64,000 nt of DNA from Salpingoeca rosetta (GCA_033442325.1 JAWQFM010000004.1:2454199-2518198); one strand, 5' to 3'. Shown: positions 19,501-33,170, counted from the stretch's first letter. Numbers and translations are program-made. The notes: generated by a model from the letters alone, not told the origin.

Positions 19501-22500
19501 NNNNNNNNNNNNNNNNNNNNNNNNNNNNNNNNNNNNNNNNNNNNNNNNNNNNNNNNNNNNNNNNNNNNNNNNNNNNNNNNNNNNNNNNNNNNNNNNNNNN
19601 NNNNNNNNNNNNNNNNNNNNNNNNNNNNNNNNNNNNNNNNNNNNNNNNNNNNNNNNNNNNNNNNNNNNNNNNNNNNNNNNNNNNNNNNNNNNNNNNNNNN
19701 NNNNNNNNNNNNNNNNNNNNNNNNNNNNNNNNNNNNNNNNNCAGCAGCAGCAGTGGCAAGAATTGAAACAAGACAGGAGGGGTGGTGATAGAACGCAGGT
19801 GAAATAGACAAGCAAGGCTTGTGGTGACAAGGTGGCGACAGAAAGGGACGAAGGGAAGCACGAATGCACACAGTGGGTTGTGTTGTTTTGTGTCGTGTGA
19901 AGTGAAGTGAAGGATGTGTGATGTTGTGTGGAGAGGTGCTGTGTGGTGGTGAGTGGATGGAAGAGAAAGAGAGCCAAGGGTGAATGAAGCATGTGGCAAC
20001 AAGTGCAGAGCAACAATGCAACACGTGGAATGTGGAAAGGCAAAGGGAAGAGAGAAGGAAACAAGTGAATAAAGGGTGAGACAAAGGGACAAAGCGGCAC
20101 ATGCATGGATGTGTTGTTGTGTTGTGTGTTGTGATTGTGGAGGTGGAGCAAAGGAAGCAGAAGCACAAAACATTGCAAGTAGTAACACGCATGCGCGAAG
20201 AGAGAAGGTAAAGTGGGAAGAGGAGAAGGCGGTTGCAGTGAGCTTCTTGCGCACCTGAACATATTCCTGCTGGAGGCGAGGGAGGAAGCGCAGGTGATGT
20301 TGGAGAGTGAATCCAAGGATCGAGGCGATTCTGCCGAGTGAAGTGAAGTGGTGTGGAGTGAAGTGGGGTGACAGAGCGGTGTGTGAATGATGGTGTGGAT
20401 TGATAAAGGGTCGACTGCAGATGTGTGCAGGCATGGTGGGTGACGCAGTGACGCAGTGGCGAGTGAGTGGAGGAGTGTTGTGCAGTGAACAAGGTGGAAG
20501 CAAGGGAAGTTGTGGGTGCTTGCGAGCAACACGCACAGAGCAAGCAAGCGTACGCATGAAGTGTCTGCAGCGAGCAATGGGATGTAGTGGAGTGAATCCA
20601 ATGGAAGTAGGAGATGTTGTGAGTGCTTGCAAGTAACACAGCAGTGAGTAGACGGATTGTAGTGGAGTGGATTCAATGCAAGCAGGAGAAGTTGTGAGTG
20701 TTTGCAAGTGAGAAGACGGATGCAGTGGAGTGAATCCAATGCAAGTAAAAGATGTTGTGAGTGCTTGCGAGTGAGTAGACGGATTGTAGTAGAGTGAATC
20801 CAATGCAAGCAAGGGATATTGTGAGTGCTTGCGAGTAACCCAACAGTGAGTAGAGGGATGTTGTGCAGTGAATCCAATTCATGTAGGAGAACTAACCAAT
20901 ACTTGCGAGCAACGCAGCAGTACTGCACAATCGCATGCAAGTGTGTCTGCTAGTGAGTAGACGGATTGTAGTGGAGTGAATCAAACGAAAGTAGGAGAAG
21001 CTACGAATGCTTGCAAGCAAGGCAGCAGCACTGCACAATCGCGTGCAAGTGTGTTTGCAGTGAGCAGAGGATTGTTGTGCAGTGAATCCAAGCTATGTAG
21101 GAGAAGCTACCAATGCTTGCGAGCAAGACTGCAGCATTGTGCAATTGCATGCGAGTGTGTCTGCAGTGAGCAGAGGATTGCTACTCATCCAATCCACTTT
21201 AATCAGAAACACGTTCCCGTGCCTGCAGGCAACATCTACACACAAACGCATGTACACACACATGCACACGTGTCCCTTGCGCTGCTTTTCGTCGTTCTCT
21301 GCCTGCTTGGTTGTCTCTTGTGCAATCACATGGAAACGAATCCTTCCTCGCTGCTCTACTCCTCAGTTCCTTTGCTTTGCTCCTTCTTGCTTCAGCGATG
21401 CGTGCCTGCAGGCAAGTAGAAGTGCGCACAGCGTGGTGTACTCGCGCGCACGTGTGCCTGCAAGCCAGCCACGTAGTCCTGCGCCTGTTGCTGCAGCTCA
21501 TGGCATGGTGCAGTGACGTTCGCTCGTCTGCTCACTTGATCACCGGAGTAGGGAGACTGGCGCAGTGAAGTCAAAAAGGGGTGCAGAAAAAGTGCGATGG
21601 TGTGACAAAAAAATGCTCAAAGCTGTCATGAGTAGTGTCTGAACACTGCGTCGCGACGCACCAGTGCAGCTGCAGCATGCAGCGTACGCAAGCGCAGCAA
21701 ATTGCATGCAAGCATTGGTTGGTCACGGGCCAGGGGAATTTGGGGTATGAGCAATGTGAAGAATCTTGATGCAGTGAAGCTGTGCGCACTTGCTAGATCC
21801 AGTCACAAATCTAGATCTAGCAGAGTCACTAAATCTAGATTGCGGTGCCTGCAGGCAAAGTGCACGAGGGCAAAGCAGCGATTCAAACAGCTGCCGCTCG
21901 ATGGATTGGCATACTTGAGGGGAAGGATGCAAATGAGCAAGACAAAAAAAGGAAAAGAGAAGGCAAAGGCAAAGAGCCGCTGAGTAGAGGCGCAAGCAAG
22001 AGAGCAAGGCGAATGTCGCTGAGCAGGATTGCTTGCGGGCACGAAAAACCGCGTCTGCGCCCTTGCAGCTACAACTTTTCTTTCTCCTTGGGTCTTTGTT
22101 CTGCTGTGTTCTGAGCGACCTCTCTCTTCATTTGTGTGTGTGTGTAGTGTGAAGTGTGTGAGTGCAGGCAGAGCGACACACTTATGTGTGTTGTGAGCAA
22201 TGCTTGCACGAGCACACATGCATGCGCAGCACATGCAATGAGAACAGCACGGGCGTGTGTGTGTGTGTGTGGATGCTTGTGTGTGGTGTGTGATGCGTGA
22301 GCGATGTGTGTGGGTGTGATGAGGCACATGTGGGGAGGCGAGCAAGCGATTGCTCGTGTCTCTGTGTGTGTTCTTGTGATCACTCGCATGAGCAAACGCA
22401 TCATCTACTACACAGAAGCAAAAGCAATACACGACATATGCGCTTGTGGCGAGCAACGACTGTGTTTGCGGAAAGAGGGCGAGCTGATTGATCAGTTTCC

Positions 22501-24006
22501 TCTGAGTGTGACAGTGTGAAGCGCTGGTCATTTCTCTCACACGAACACGCATTTGTTGGCTCTTGATTGTTCTTCTCTCCTCACGGTGATGTGACGCAGC
22601 GAGACGCAGGAAGCAAGCCTGCACGCATGGTGCATTGAGACCTGGGCACAGCGATGTGCCTGGCGCGTAGATGACGTGTGTGCGCATGAAAGGGCTTGCA
22701 TTTTCCTTGTGTGTGTAGCTGTGTGTTGGGAGAAGGGTGATGAGCCAATATGTGTTTGTGTGTGGGGGAATGGCTGGCAGTTGCTTTGCTGCACACGTGG
22801 ATGTGGCACAGTGAAAACAGAAACGTTGTCAGCTGTGTGTTGTGGGTGTGGCTGTGGTTGCCTTTTGAGGCAAGACGCAGCCCGCTGTGACATGCGAGTC
22901 GATGAAGTATTGCGAGCGAGAGCAAGCAAAGCTTTGCATGGATTGCTGGTGTTGAGCCAAAAGTCTATGATGTTGAAGCAAGTTGCAAGCCGCTGGCGGA
23001 GTGACGGCAAGGCACATGTATGTGTGTTTATCTGCTGTGATCTCTGATAGAGGGTGGGCGCTGTCTGCCGTAAAACTGGCAGGTGGTGAATGTCCTTGAT
23101 GACACCAAGCTTGCGCATGCAGGAGGCAATCCCGCCGTGAGAGCGGTGTGGATTGTTCTTCTTGAGAGGGAGCCTTGAGCAACACTCTATCATGAGTGGA
23201 GGCAAACTGTGCTGTGAGCACGATGATGATGTTGGGCACGCGCACATGCGTGGATGAAGTACATTTGATGCGAAGCAGTGTTGTGTGTTGTAACGAAAGA
23301 GAGCCATGCGCACTGCATGCTGCTGATGGGCACGTGCTGCCATTGTATTTGTGTGTGCTGTGTGTGTATTGTGTTGTGTGAGCAACGTTGCGTTGTTTGC
23401 ACACACATGCACATGCATGCACAAACTACAATGGTGGTGTGTGTTTTGTTGGCAGAGCAGGTTGTTGTCACTGGCACTCACTGAGAACAGCACACACATT
23501 GTGTATTTGCATTGAATGTCACTGCTTCATCCACACACCTTTGTGTGTGTGTGTGTGTCTGGGGTTGTTGTAGTGTGCATAGCCACAAGAACAAAACCAA
23601 AAAGAAAAACAGAACGACCCCAGTGGCACGTGCAGCGATGTGCGTGTTGCTTGTGGAAGCTTTGTTTGTTGGGGTGCAGGAGGAGCGAGTGAGTGGACAG
23701 TAAGGGGAAGGAGGGAAGACGCACAGCACTCATTGCAGTGTTGTTTGTTTCTCTCTTTTTCCCTTTGCTTGTCTCTCTTTTCTCTTCTGAATCCTCGACA
23801 GCCATAGCTGGGCGGCGGCTGTGGTGTGTTGTGTGCATTGTGATGTGATTGCATTGTGATGTGTTGTGCGATGTGATGTGTTGTGCGATGTGTGTGGGCT
23901 TACAACCTACACGCATTCACACACATCTCTACACGATTCACATACACATTAACACATTTACACACTCACACACACCACAACCTGCGACTCGCTTTCTATG
24001 GAGAGA
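10205..24006. other. Probable rDNA intergenic spacer + 5' external transcribed spacer (gene-free, simple-repeat rich; gap 19482-19741)
   Basis: No recognisable coding exons over ~13.8 kb between 5S and 18S; contains degenerate sub-repeats. Confidence 0.7.
20480..21180 (+). repeat. Degenerate tandem sub-repeat array (~65-110 bp units, core AGTGAATCCAA...GTAGGAGA...TGCTTGCRAG)
   Basis: Core copies near 20591, 20666, 20729, 20793, 20867, 20975 and 21081, plus a weaker one near 20305. Confidence 0.85.
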
Positions 24007-24381
24007 TAACTGGTCGATCCTGCCAGTAGTCATATGCTTGTCTCAAAGATTAAGCCATGCATGTCTAAGTATGAATAGTATTCTTGATACTGTGAAACTG
24101 CGAATGGCTCATTAAATCAGTTATAGTTTATTTGATAGTTTGCAACTCGTTTTTCGGAGCGGTGTTGTGCTAGACGGATAGCCGTGGTAATTCTAGAACT
24201 AATACGTGCGACAAGGCCCGAGAGAGGGGTGTGTGTGTATGCGCATTTTTTCTTTTCGAGGGCTGCATTTGTTAGGTATAAAGCCAGCAGGAACATGACT
24301 GGTGAATCAGAATAACTTTGCAGACCGTTACACTTTTGTGTGTGATGGTGTCTCATTCGAATTTCTGCCCTATCAACTTTC
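24007..24381 (+). rRNA. 18S rRNA, 5' ~375 nt (truncated by assembly gap)
   Basis: TAACTGGTCGATCCTGCCAGTAGTCATATGCTTGTCTCAAAGATTAAGCCATGCATGTCTAAGT...GTGAAACTGCGAATGGCTCATTAAATCAGTTAT...TTTCTGCCCTATCAACTTTC are canonical eukaryotic SSU segments. Confidence 0.98.
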
Positions 24382-24492
24382 NNNNNNNNNNNNNNNNNNN
24401 NNNNNNNNNNNNNNNNNNNNNNNNNNNNNNNNNNNNNNNNNNNNNNNNNNNNNNNNNNNNNNNNNNNNNNNNNNNNNNNNNTACAGGTCTAC

Positions 24493-24560
<68 letters not shown>

Positions 24561-24567
24561 CACATTG

Positions 24568-24817
24568 TCAAAGCACGCAGCGCGGGTCCACGATGAGACG
24601 CGCATCGTGATTGTTTGGCACCGCGTAGATTCTGCCATTCCTTGCCAAAACACCCCCAATCCACTTCTTCCACTTGTTTCACCATGAGGTCCAGACACAG
24701 AGGACACATCCTCACATCGGTTGTGTTGGATGCTGGGTCAATGATCAACATCGCATTTGCAGAGTAAGGGATGCCAAAGATGCGGCCGTCAGCAGCGACA
24801 ACGCCACGCGACCACGA
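24568..24817 (-). pseudogene. Decayed fragment of the KWxGGVLAxNG repeat protein family (two repeats in different frames)
   Basis: SWSRGVVAADGRIFGIPYSANAMLIIDPASNTTD, then in another frame KKWIGGVLARNGRIYAVPNNHDARLIVDPRCVL*. No upstream repeats or start codon. Confidence 0.75.
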
Positions 24818-25249
24818 ACCAACCTTGTTTCTCTTTCACTTGGTTGTGGCTTTCCTCTCACCCTTGCACTGAAACTGATAGACTGATAGATGCGAGTGAT
24901 TGCATTCGCGATGGTTACTATGTATTGGTTGGCAAGTTAACAAATCAAGATGGATTGTCTGTGCAAAGGAGAGCCGGAGGAGGGATCATTAAGCACACGC
25001 ACATCCAAGGCAAAAGACACAACTCGGTGACGAGGGGAAGAAGGTCGGACGCTTCAACGAGATGAACTCGGGCTGTGTGAGCGTGGAACAAGTGAAGATC
25101 GACAGAATAAGGAAGCAGAGCGAGCGGTAAAAGAGGGAGGAACAGCTGGGAGAAAGAAAGAACAGCCGTGGACATGGTCCCCTGAGTCCAAACAACAAAG
25201 CCTGTCGTGCCTGCTCGCAAACACCAAGCGACGACGAAGTCCTTCCTAT

Positions 25250-26589
25250 TCAGCACCCAGGGTCAATGACGAGGACGGACTCAGCCGAAAACGGAATGCC
25301 ATAGACGAGGCCGTTGCTTGCCAGCACGCCGCCCCACCAGTTGTAGGATCCAACAAGATCGCCGATGGTCGCTGTGTCTGTTGTGTTCGTTGTGGGATCG
25401 ATGATGAGAGCCGATGGGGCGCCGAGGGGGATGCCGACAATGTCGCCGTTGGGTGCGAGCACGCCGCCAGCCCACTTCGAAGAGCAGAATCGGGCACGGC
25501 GAGGGTTTCTGCAGTGTTGGTGGTCGGGTTGATGACGAGTGTGGTCGTGGAACTGTATGGGATGGTGTAGATGAGCCCATTTTGCGCAAGCACGCCCCCA
25601 TGCCACTTGTAGGCACCTGTGCCAAGGCCTTGAATTGTGGTGACATCCATCGTCAGCGACTCTGGATTGATGATGAGGATCGAAGACGCGGCGACTGGGA
25701 CGCAGTAGATGAGACCGTTGGGTGCCTGAACACCGCTATACCACTTGAATGCATCCGAAGACAGCCCGCCCAATGTTGTGATGTCGGCGGTGTTGGTCTC
25801 AGGATCAATGATAAGCACAGACGTGGCAAAATAAGGGACGCCGAAGATGAGTCCGTTGTCAGCCACCACACCGCTGTACCACTTGCGCGCACTGGTGCCA
25901 AGCGAGTGGATGCTTGTGGTGTCAGCCGTATTGGTGTCGGGGTTGATAATGAGCATGCTTGCGCTGTTCGACGGGAACATGTAGATGGGACCTGCATGCG
26001 CCAAAACGGCACCCGCCCACTTGTATGTGGCTGTGCCAAAGCCGGAGATGGAGGACGTGTCGACCGTGTTGGTCCTGGGGTCGATGATGAGGACGGAAGG
26101 TGAGTTGTGCGGGGCCGCATAGATCAGGCCGTTGTTGGCCAAAACGCCGCCACGCCACTTGTATGAAGAGGAGCCGAGTTGCCCAAACGTGCTGGCAGTC
26201 GCCTCACACACCCTGCCTCGAAGAGCATCGATCATGCTCTGCTGGGATTGAAGCGTGCTGTTCTGTGCGGCAATCATGCTCTGCTGTGCTTGCACCGTTG
26301 ACTGGTACGCCTGCAAGATGCTCTGCTGTGCCACCACGGTTCCACGCAGCGTTTGCATCTCCAAAACAACGTCCTCGCCATTTAGGAACACGGGCTGGGT
26401 TGCTGGGTCACTCGAGTTGACGTGCACAGCGCCGCTGTCATCTTGCGCCAGCTTGGCCCTGTTTGGTGTTGGTGGTGTGGCGATAGCCTCAACACTGCAC
26501 GCGCACACAACCAGGAAGAACACAGCCAACAAAACGGCAGCATCATGGAGGGGGAGCTGTGGGAGCTGTGGGAGGACAGCCGCCGCCAT
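25250..26589 (-). CDS. Intronless secreted/membrane-anchored coiled-coil + 7-repeat beta-propeller protein; 1-nt frameshift at ~25482
   Basis: ATG 26589, hydrophobic signal (VLLAVFFLVVCACSVEA) and Q-rich heptads. Five ~45-aa repeats KWxGGVLAxNGLIYxxPxxxxSVLIIDPxTNT lie in ORF 25246..26766; two more lie in ORF 25250..25606. Confidence 0.8.
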
Positions 26590-27194
26590 TCTGCTGATGT
26601 GGGTTGTTGTTTGTGAAGTCGGGAAGAGTTGCGAAAGAATTGCACGACTTTTCAAGCCAAAGACAACAGTGCGCAACGACAACCTCACGCATGTTCCGTC
26701 CGATGATCCTGAACCAAGACTTTGTGTGGTTCTGGCGTGGTGGTGGGATGAGACATCGCTTCTCACTCATTGTTTAATCACACCAGGCAAGCAAGGTAAA
26801 ACAGAACACGCCACATGTAACAAACACCACACATTCTATGGGTAGACGACAAGCAACTAAACACGGGAACAAGAGGAAGAAACGCGCGTCAACGAAATGT
26901 GATGGAGATGAAGTGGATTCTCAAAGACGGAAGAAGAAATACGAAGCAAAGTGAAGGGAGGGGAGGGGATGGGATGGAAAAAAGATTGCGGTGGCACCGA
27001 AAATAAACAGCGTATGCGGGGACAGTGGAGATGGGAATGGTGTCCACACAAACAAACAAGCAGAACAGACGAGGACTGATGGAAATGAACAAACTACAGT
27101 GGCGGACAGGATGCAAAGCACGCACAGCAATGACCTACAAATTACAGCATTGACACACGCACACCCACACGCACACCCACACCCACACAGACAC

Positions 27195-27276
<82 letters not shown>

Positions 27277-27595
27277 CGACACCACCACCACACACGANNN
27301 NNNNNNNNNNNNNNNNNNNNNNNNNNNNNNNNNNNNNNNNNNNNNNNNNNNNNNNNNNNNNNNNNNNNNNNNNNNNNNNNNNNNNNNNNNNNNNNNNCAC
27401 CCACACATCAGAAACAAAACCCTGGCCAGGGGGCGCGTATCCTGCCGAAGAAGAGCCACCCCGCCCCGCAACCTCAACCCACCAACAAAAGCTCCCCCCC
27501 CCCCCCTTCCTTCATGCTTGTGGAGCTACTTTAATTTATATTCAGGTGCTGAGTATACGTGTGTGTGACAAGTGAGCGTGTGTGTGTATGCGTGC

Positions 27596-27654
<59 letters not shown>

Positions 27655-27773
27655 CGTGCGTGCGTGTGTGTTGTGTGTGTTGTGTGTATTGTGTGTGTGT
27701 TGTGTGTGTGGCGCGCCCGCATGTGTATGTAATTCATGGCTGCGCATACCTTCTAATCTCACCTCCACTATCA

Positions 27774-27853
<80 letters not shown>

Positions 27854-27886
27854 ACACGCCTCCCTCCCCCTCCATCTGCGCTACAG

Positions 27887-29179
27887 GGGAAGAAGCCGTC
27901 GGACAAGAGAATCCCGCCACTGTACGGGTCATATCCGCCACGACACAAGACCACCGCCCCTGCGTCCCCTGGCCGTCGTGCTGCTGCCGCTGCTGCCGCG
28001 GACATGTCCATCCTCGCAGCACCAACGCACGCGGGTCGGGCGACAGCCACCACCCAAGACGGCAGCGCCGCGGCCAACCACAACGGCAGCACAAACGGGA
28101 GCGACAGCGGCTACCCTGCTGTAACCGCCACCACGCACGTTTCTGTGTATTCGCCCATGCCCTCATCGTCACCCGCGCCATCGTCGTCGACATCAGCGGC
28201 AACGACAACAACACCATCCCCAATTGCACTTGTGACGCCCGTGCCATTGCAGACAGCGCCCGCAACCGTCGCACCAGCCATCACCTCCACCGCCACCGCC
28301 ATTCCATCAACGACGACAACAGCAACATCGTCACTCGGTGTTGGCCCCGCTGTACGGAGTAAGACGACGCCTGCAACGACACGCGGACGCACACGCACGT
28401 CACGCACTGCCAACAAGACAGAGCAGCGGACAACACCAACCACAACACCAACCACAACAGCAACAACAACAGCAACAACAGCAAAGTCTGCCAGGGCAGC
28501 AGCAGCAGCAAAGAATGGCGCTGGTGGTGCTGGTGCTGGTGACATGGCAAAGGAAGGAGAGGCAGAGAGCAAAGAGGGCAGGGACGGTGATGAGGAAGTT
28601 GTGGACAACTCGGACAATGCCTGCTCAACATGCGGTCTTGGTGGCGATCTCATCTGCTGTGAGGCCTGCCCTCGCGTCTTCCACGCTTACTGCGCGTGAG
28701 TTTGTCTGCACTTGTGTGTGTGTTTGAACTTGTGTGTGTGTGAGTTTGTCTGCACTTGTGTGTGTGTGTGTGTGAGTGCTTATACTTGTGTGCGTGTGTG
28801 TGCTTGTACTTGTGTGTGTGTTTGTGTGAGTGCGTGCGTTTCAGTCGGCTGCATGCACAAGCATGTGTGGCTCTGTCCACCACCGTGTGAATGACGACTA
28901 CCTGGCCTCGCCGCCTCCCTCGCGCCTCATCAACTGCGTCCACACCATTGTATCCCACAGGAATCCGCCCGTTGATCTGGAGAACACGACGGATGACAAG
29001 TGGTTCTGCCGCGTCTGTCGCCCGCCATCGGTGCGTACGCACACGCGCCGCTGCCAGTCATTATCGCGGTCGTCGTGATCGTGGTCATGGTTATGGTTAT
29101 GGCGGTGGTAGTCGTGACGTTTAGGATGCTCTGAAAAGTGTCGCTTAGCGCGTTGACGATTGCTTGCACACCCATCCGG

Positions 29180-29237
<58 letters not shown>

Positions 29238-29606
29238 AAACACACCCTCTCTCACACTTAAATACACTCTTGTCCCCACCCCTCTCCCCTCTCGAGCAGG
29301 ACACGCCGCTTGGCCGTCGGGAGGGTGCCGCGACGAGCGGCGCGTATCTCGCCATTGTCAACGGCCTACACCGTGCCCCGCCCATCCACTTCTACATCCC
29401 AGACACCATCCTCCAGTCTTTCCCCGCCGAGCGTGCGTTTCGTTGTGGTTGTGGTTGTGGTTGTGGTTGTGGTTGTGGTTGTGGTTGTGATTGTGGTTGT
29501 GGTTGTTATTGTTGTGAGTGATGTGGCATGGTGTACGGAGTCGGAGATGTTCGTGTTGGACGCGGTGCTTTTGATCTGCACGAATCGCACGCTCTCACGT
29601 CACTTT

Positions 29607-29697
<91 letters not shown>

Positions 29698-31384
29698 GCA
29701 CGCACACACATGTGCAGTTCGAGCGAAAGTTGCGATGAATTCGTCGACGCGGCGCACGCGCAGGAATAATGTTCCACCACCCTCGGATTTTGTCTGCTTC
29801 CGATGCGTCCAGTACGTGATCACAACATGGGATGCTGATGCTGTTGTTGTTGCTGCTGTTCTTGTTCCCATTGTTGTTGCTGCTGTTGCTGCTGTTACTC
29901 AATATACGTGCACCACACTGCCGTCAACTCACTCGTTCCTCTTGGTGCAACATGCGCACCTTGATGTTACCTCCCCTCCCATCTCCCCCTCTGTTAGACA
30001 ATGTCGCCCGGACAACAGCGCAAAGTGCTGCGAGTGCAACACGATGTTCCACTACAACTGCGTCTCACCACCGCTGACACATGTCGGCGCAACACAGCCC
30101 TGGCGCTGCCCGCTCCACCCGCCCGTGAGTGCATGTAGATGTGTCTGTGTGTGTCAGTGCATGCGTGCGAGTACGTGAACGTGCACACATACGCCTTGCA
30201 CTGCTTCCTTCTTCTCTCTGGCGTCATCACACACTCATTCATATACACATACGCCAACACACACACGCACACACGCTCGCGCGCTCACTCTCTGCCCGCC
30301 TCCCACCGCCCGCCCCTCTGTGCGTGCATGTCATCCTCCCTCTCCAATACAACAGGAGCGGCACAATCGACGGTTTCAGCAGGCGAAGATGGGGCTGCGC
30401 GACTTTGAGCCGTGGATGTACACGCACGACGTCCCGCTCCACTTTCTCAGCAAAGTCGAGAAGTACGCTGCACCCACACATGCTTTGGTGCCGTCCTGTT
30501 TTGTTGCTTGTTTTCAGTTGGTTGGGTGTGACAGCGCACCAACATAGACACCACGCATGTCTCACACACCTGCTTTCTGGCTTCTGCTCGCCTACGTGTA
30601 TGTGTATGTGTGTGTGTGTGTGTGTGTGTAGCGAGCGAGCACTTCAGCAGAAGGCGACGATTCAAGAACAGCAGGCGGTAAGTGAAACCGACCCGATTGT
30701 GCTGTTGTGGTTTGCTCTCGATGAGCGTGGCGTTGCTGCTCGTATGGTGCTCACAACCCACTTCCCACAAGCCACCACAACAGCAGTATTACACACACAC
30801 ACCCATTTTCACACAACCACATGAACGAACACACACACACACATACATGAACACAATACTTACTTGTCCCACCTTATCCCTTCCCCATAACGGCGTGGTT
30901 GCAGTTTCTTGATTGCCTGTCGTCAATGCACACGTCCACCGCTGTCCCCGCAACCATCATCACACACCCGCCACAAGACGTAGGCAAACACTTGTCCACC
31001 ATCCATGGGGTTGTGTCTGCGTGCGTGTGCGTGTGCCTGTGTCTGTGGGTCTTGTGTGTGTGTGTGTGTGTCTGTGTCTGCGCGCGCGTGTGTGTATGTG
31101 TGTTGTTTATGGCGCTATCTCATACCCTGCCACTTGTGCACTCGATAACGCCCAATGCCTTCGCCCCAGGACGATGAGTCTTCATCGCCATCATCATCAT
31201 CTGCTGTCTCTCTCATGCCGGTGTGTTGTGCTGCATGCTGAGCTGAAGTTGCTTCGTGTCATTTCAACTTCGCCTTTTGCAATGTGCCCGTTTCTGTTGG
31301 CACCTGCATTCACTCACACAACCTCATACACACAACCTCATACACACAACCTCATACACATAACCTCATACACACAACCACTCA

Positions 31385-31464
<80 letters not shown>

Positions 31465-31926
31465 ACACCATCTCGCCCCCTCTATCCAGATTGGCCGCGC
31501 GCTGACGGGCGATGTTGGCGCCATGTCGGACGGCGAGCGTGCAGCGTGCATCGAGAGCCTTCGTCGCGTTGTGGTGAGGTCATGATGGCTGTGGCTCATG
31601 CAGATTGGTGTTCCCAAACGAAAACGTGCACTTGTTGATCAGCATATTCGCAGTCAAACGCAAGCGTTCACGCGACGTGCATACTCACACCTACCCACAC
31701 ACATGCACACACACACACACACACACGCCTCCTTTATACTTTTACGCCTTTTCGCGTGCGTGACGGTGCAGTTTCGGCAGGCGTCGATGGGCCGTGGCGC
31801 CGGATTCCACATCCAGCCGCATCAGGAGGCGTATCTGATTGATGCTGAGTCATGCGTAGCGGACGCACGCGCCCTTGCGCAGCTCGTCAGCCTTCCTTCC
31901 AGCGAGGAAACAACCGGGCCATCCCT

Positions 31927-31959
<33 letters not shown>

Positions 31960-31963
31960 GTGC

Positions 31964-32028
<65 letters not shown>

Positions 32029-32538
32029 TGTCTGTGTGTGTGCGATTATTTTCGTGCTGTTATTGCCAAGTGTGTCCGGACACGATGTTTTACGTTGCCG
32101 CTCATACTGCTTGCATTTGATTTCCTGCTGCACATCAACACAGCGACTGACATCAACAGGCGAACGAGTTGCTCTCCCCGAAAAGAACGAGATTAAGTAC
32201 GTGTGTTGTGGTGTGTGTGTGTATGTTCAACCTGCTGACCTGGGTGCTGAGCTGTGGCGGCTTCAACAACTGCCTTGGCATGATCTCACACTTGCACTCA
32301 CGACCGTGCATGTATTTGTTTCCCTTGGCACTGCGCACCGCCGCACCACCGCATGTGTTCTTGTGTACTGCTGCCACGCTTTCAGGGTCGGCTTTGATGA
32401 CACGTGCGACATCAACTTGGCGAAATATGTGATCATTGACACGCCCATTGCTCAGAACACGCACGCGCTCCTCACCTTCGACCCGGCTCTGAGGTAAACA
32501 CACGCACGCTCACACATGATCAAACAACCAACCAACCC

Positions 32539-32626
<88 letters not shown>

Positions 32627-32965
32627 ACGGACGCACGCACACACACACACACACACACACACGAAACTTGACAATGCTTGCTTGTCGATCGCTGCCATGA
32701 TGCCAACTCACGCCTTCATCCCACAACAAAACAACAACACAGGCAGCACACGTTGTTCGCGCCACCATCGGCAACCTCGACAACAGCACCGCCATCATCA
32801 ACGCCATCAACAACGCCACCAGTTGCGGAGCGCATTATGGTTCGCTGCGGCCCGAGAAAGAGCTTTGAACCCATCCCTACAACAGGACACGCACTTGCGA
32901 GTGGCGATATCATTGCTGTTGCTGGCGTCTGCTTTGTGTACACCACGCCCGCGGCACCCGCATAG
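27887..32965 (+). CDS. PHF12: PHF12/Rco1-like chromatin protein: two PHD fingers and a C-terminal FHA-like domain; multi-exon, 5' end uncertain (gap 27298-27397)
   Basis: PHD1 reads CSTCGLGGDLICCEACPRVFHAYCA|NPP...KWFCRVC, followed by HRAPPIHFYIP (compare PHF12 NPxQFxLP). PHD2 reads CFRC|...KCCECNTMFHYNCVSPPLTHVGATQPWRCPLH. FHA-like exons are VGFDDTCDINL...THALLTFD and LASGDIIAVAGVCFVY, stop at 32965. Confidence 0.75.
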
Positions 32966-33110
32966 CGCCGTGTTGTGTGTGTGTGTGTGTGTGTGTGCGT
33001 GTGTGTGTGTGTGTGATTGTGTGTGTGTGTGTGTGTGCGCGTGTGTGTGTGCGTGTAAGTGTGTGTGTGTGTGATTGTGTGTGTGTGTGTGCGCGTGTGT
33101 GTGTGCGTGT

Positions 33111-33170
<60 letters not shown>

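Noticed and set aside
18237-20940. Long 500-800 aa minus-strand ORFs
   Set aside because: They read through an N gap, low-complexity spacer and the sub-repeats, and carry no protein motifs.
20480-21180. Repeat array as a possible CRISPR
   Set aside because: Repeats are degenerate, the intervening sequences are related to each other, there are no cas genes, and the context is eukaryotic rDNA.
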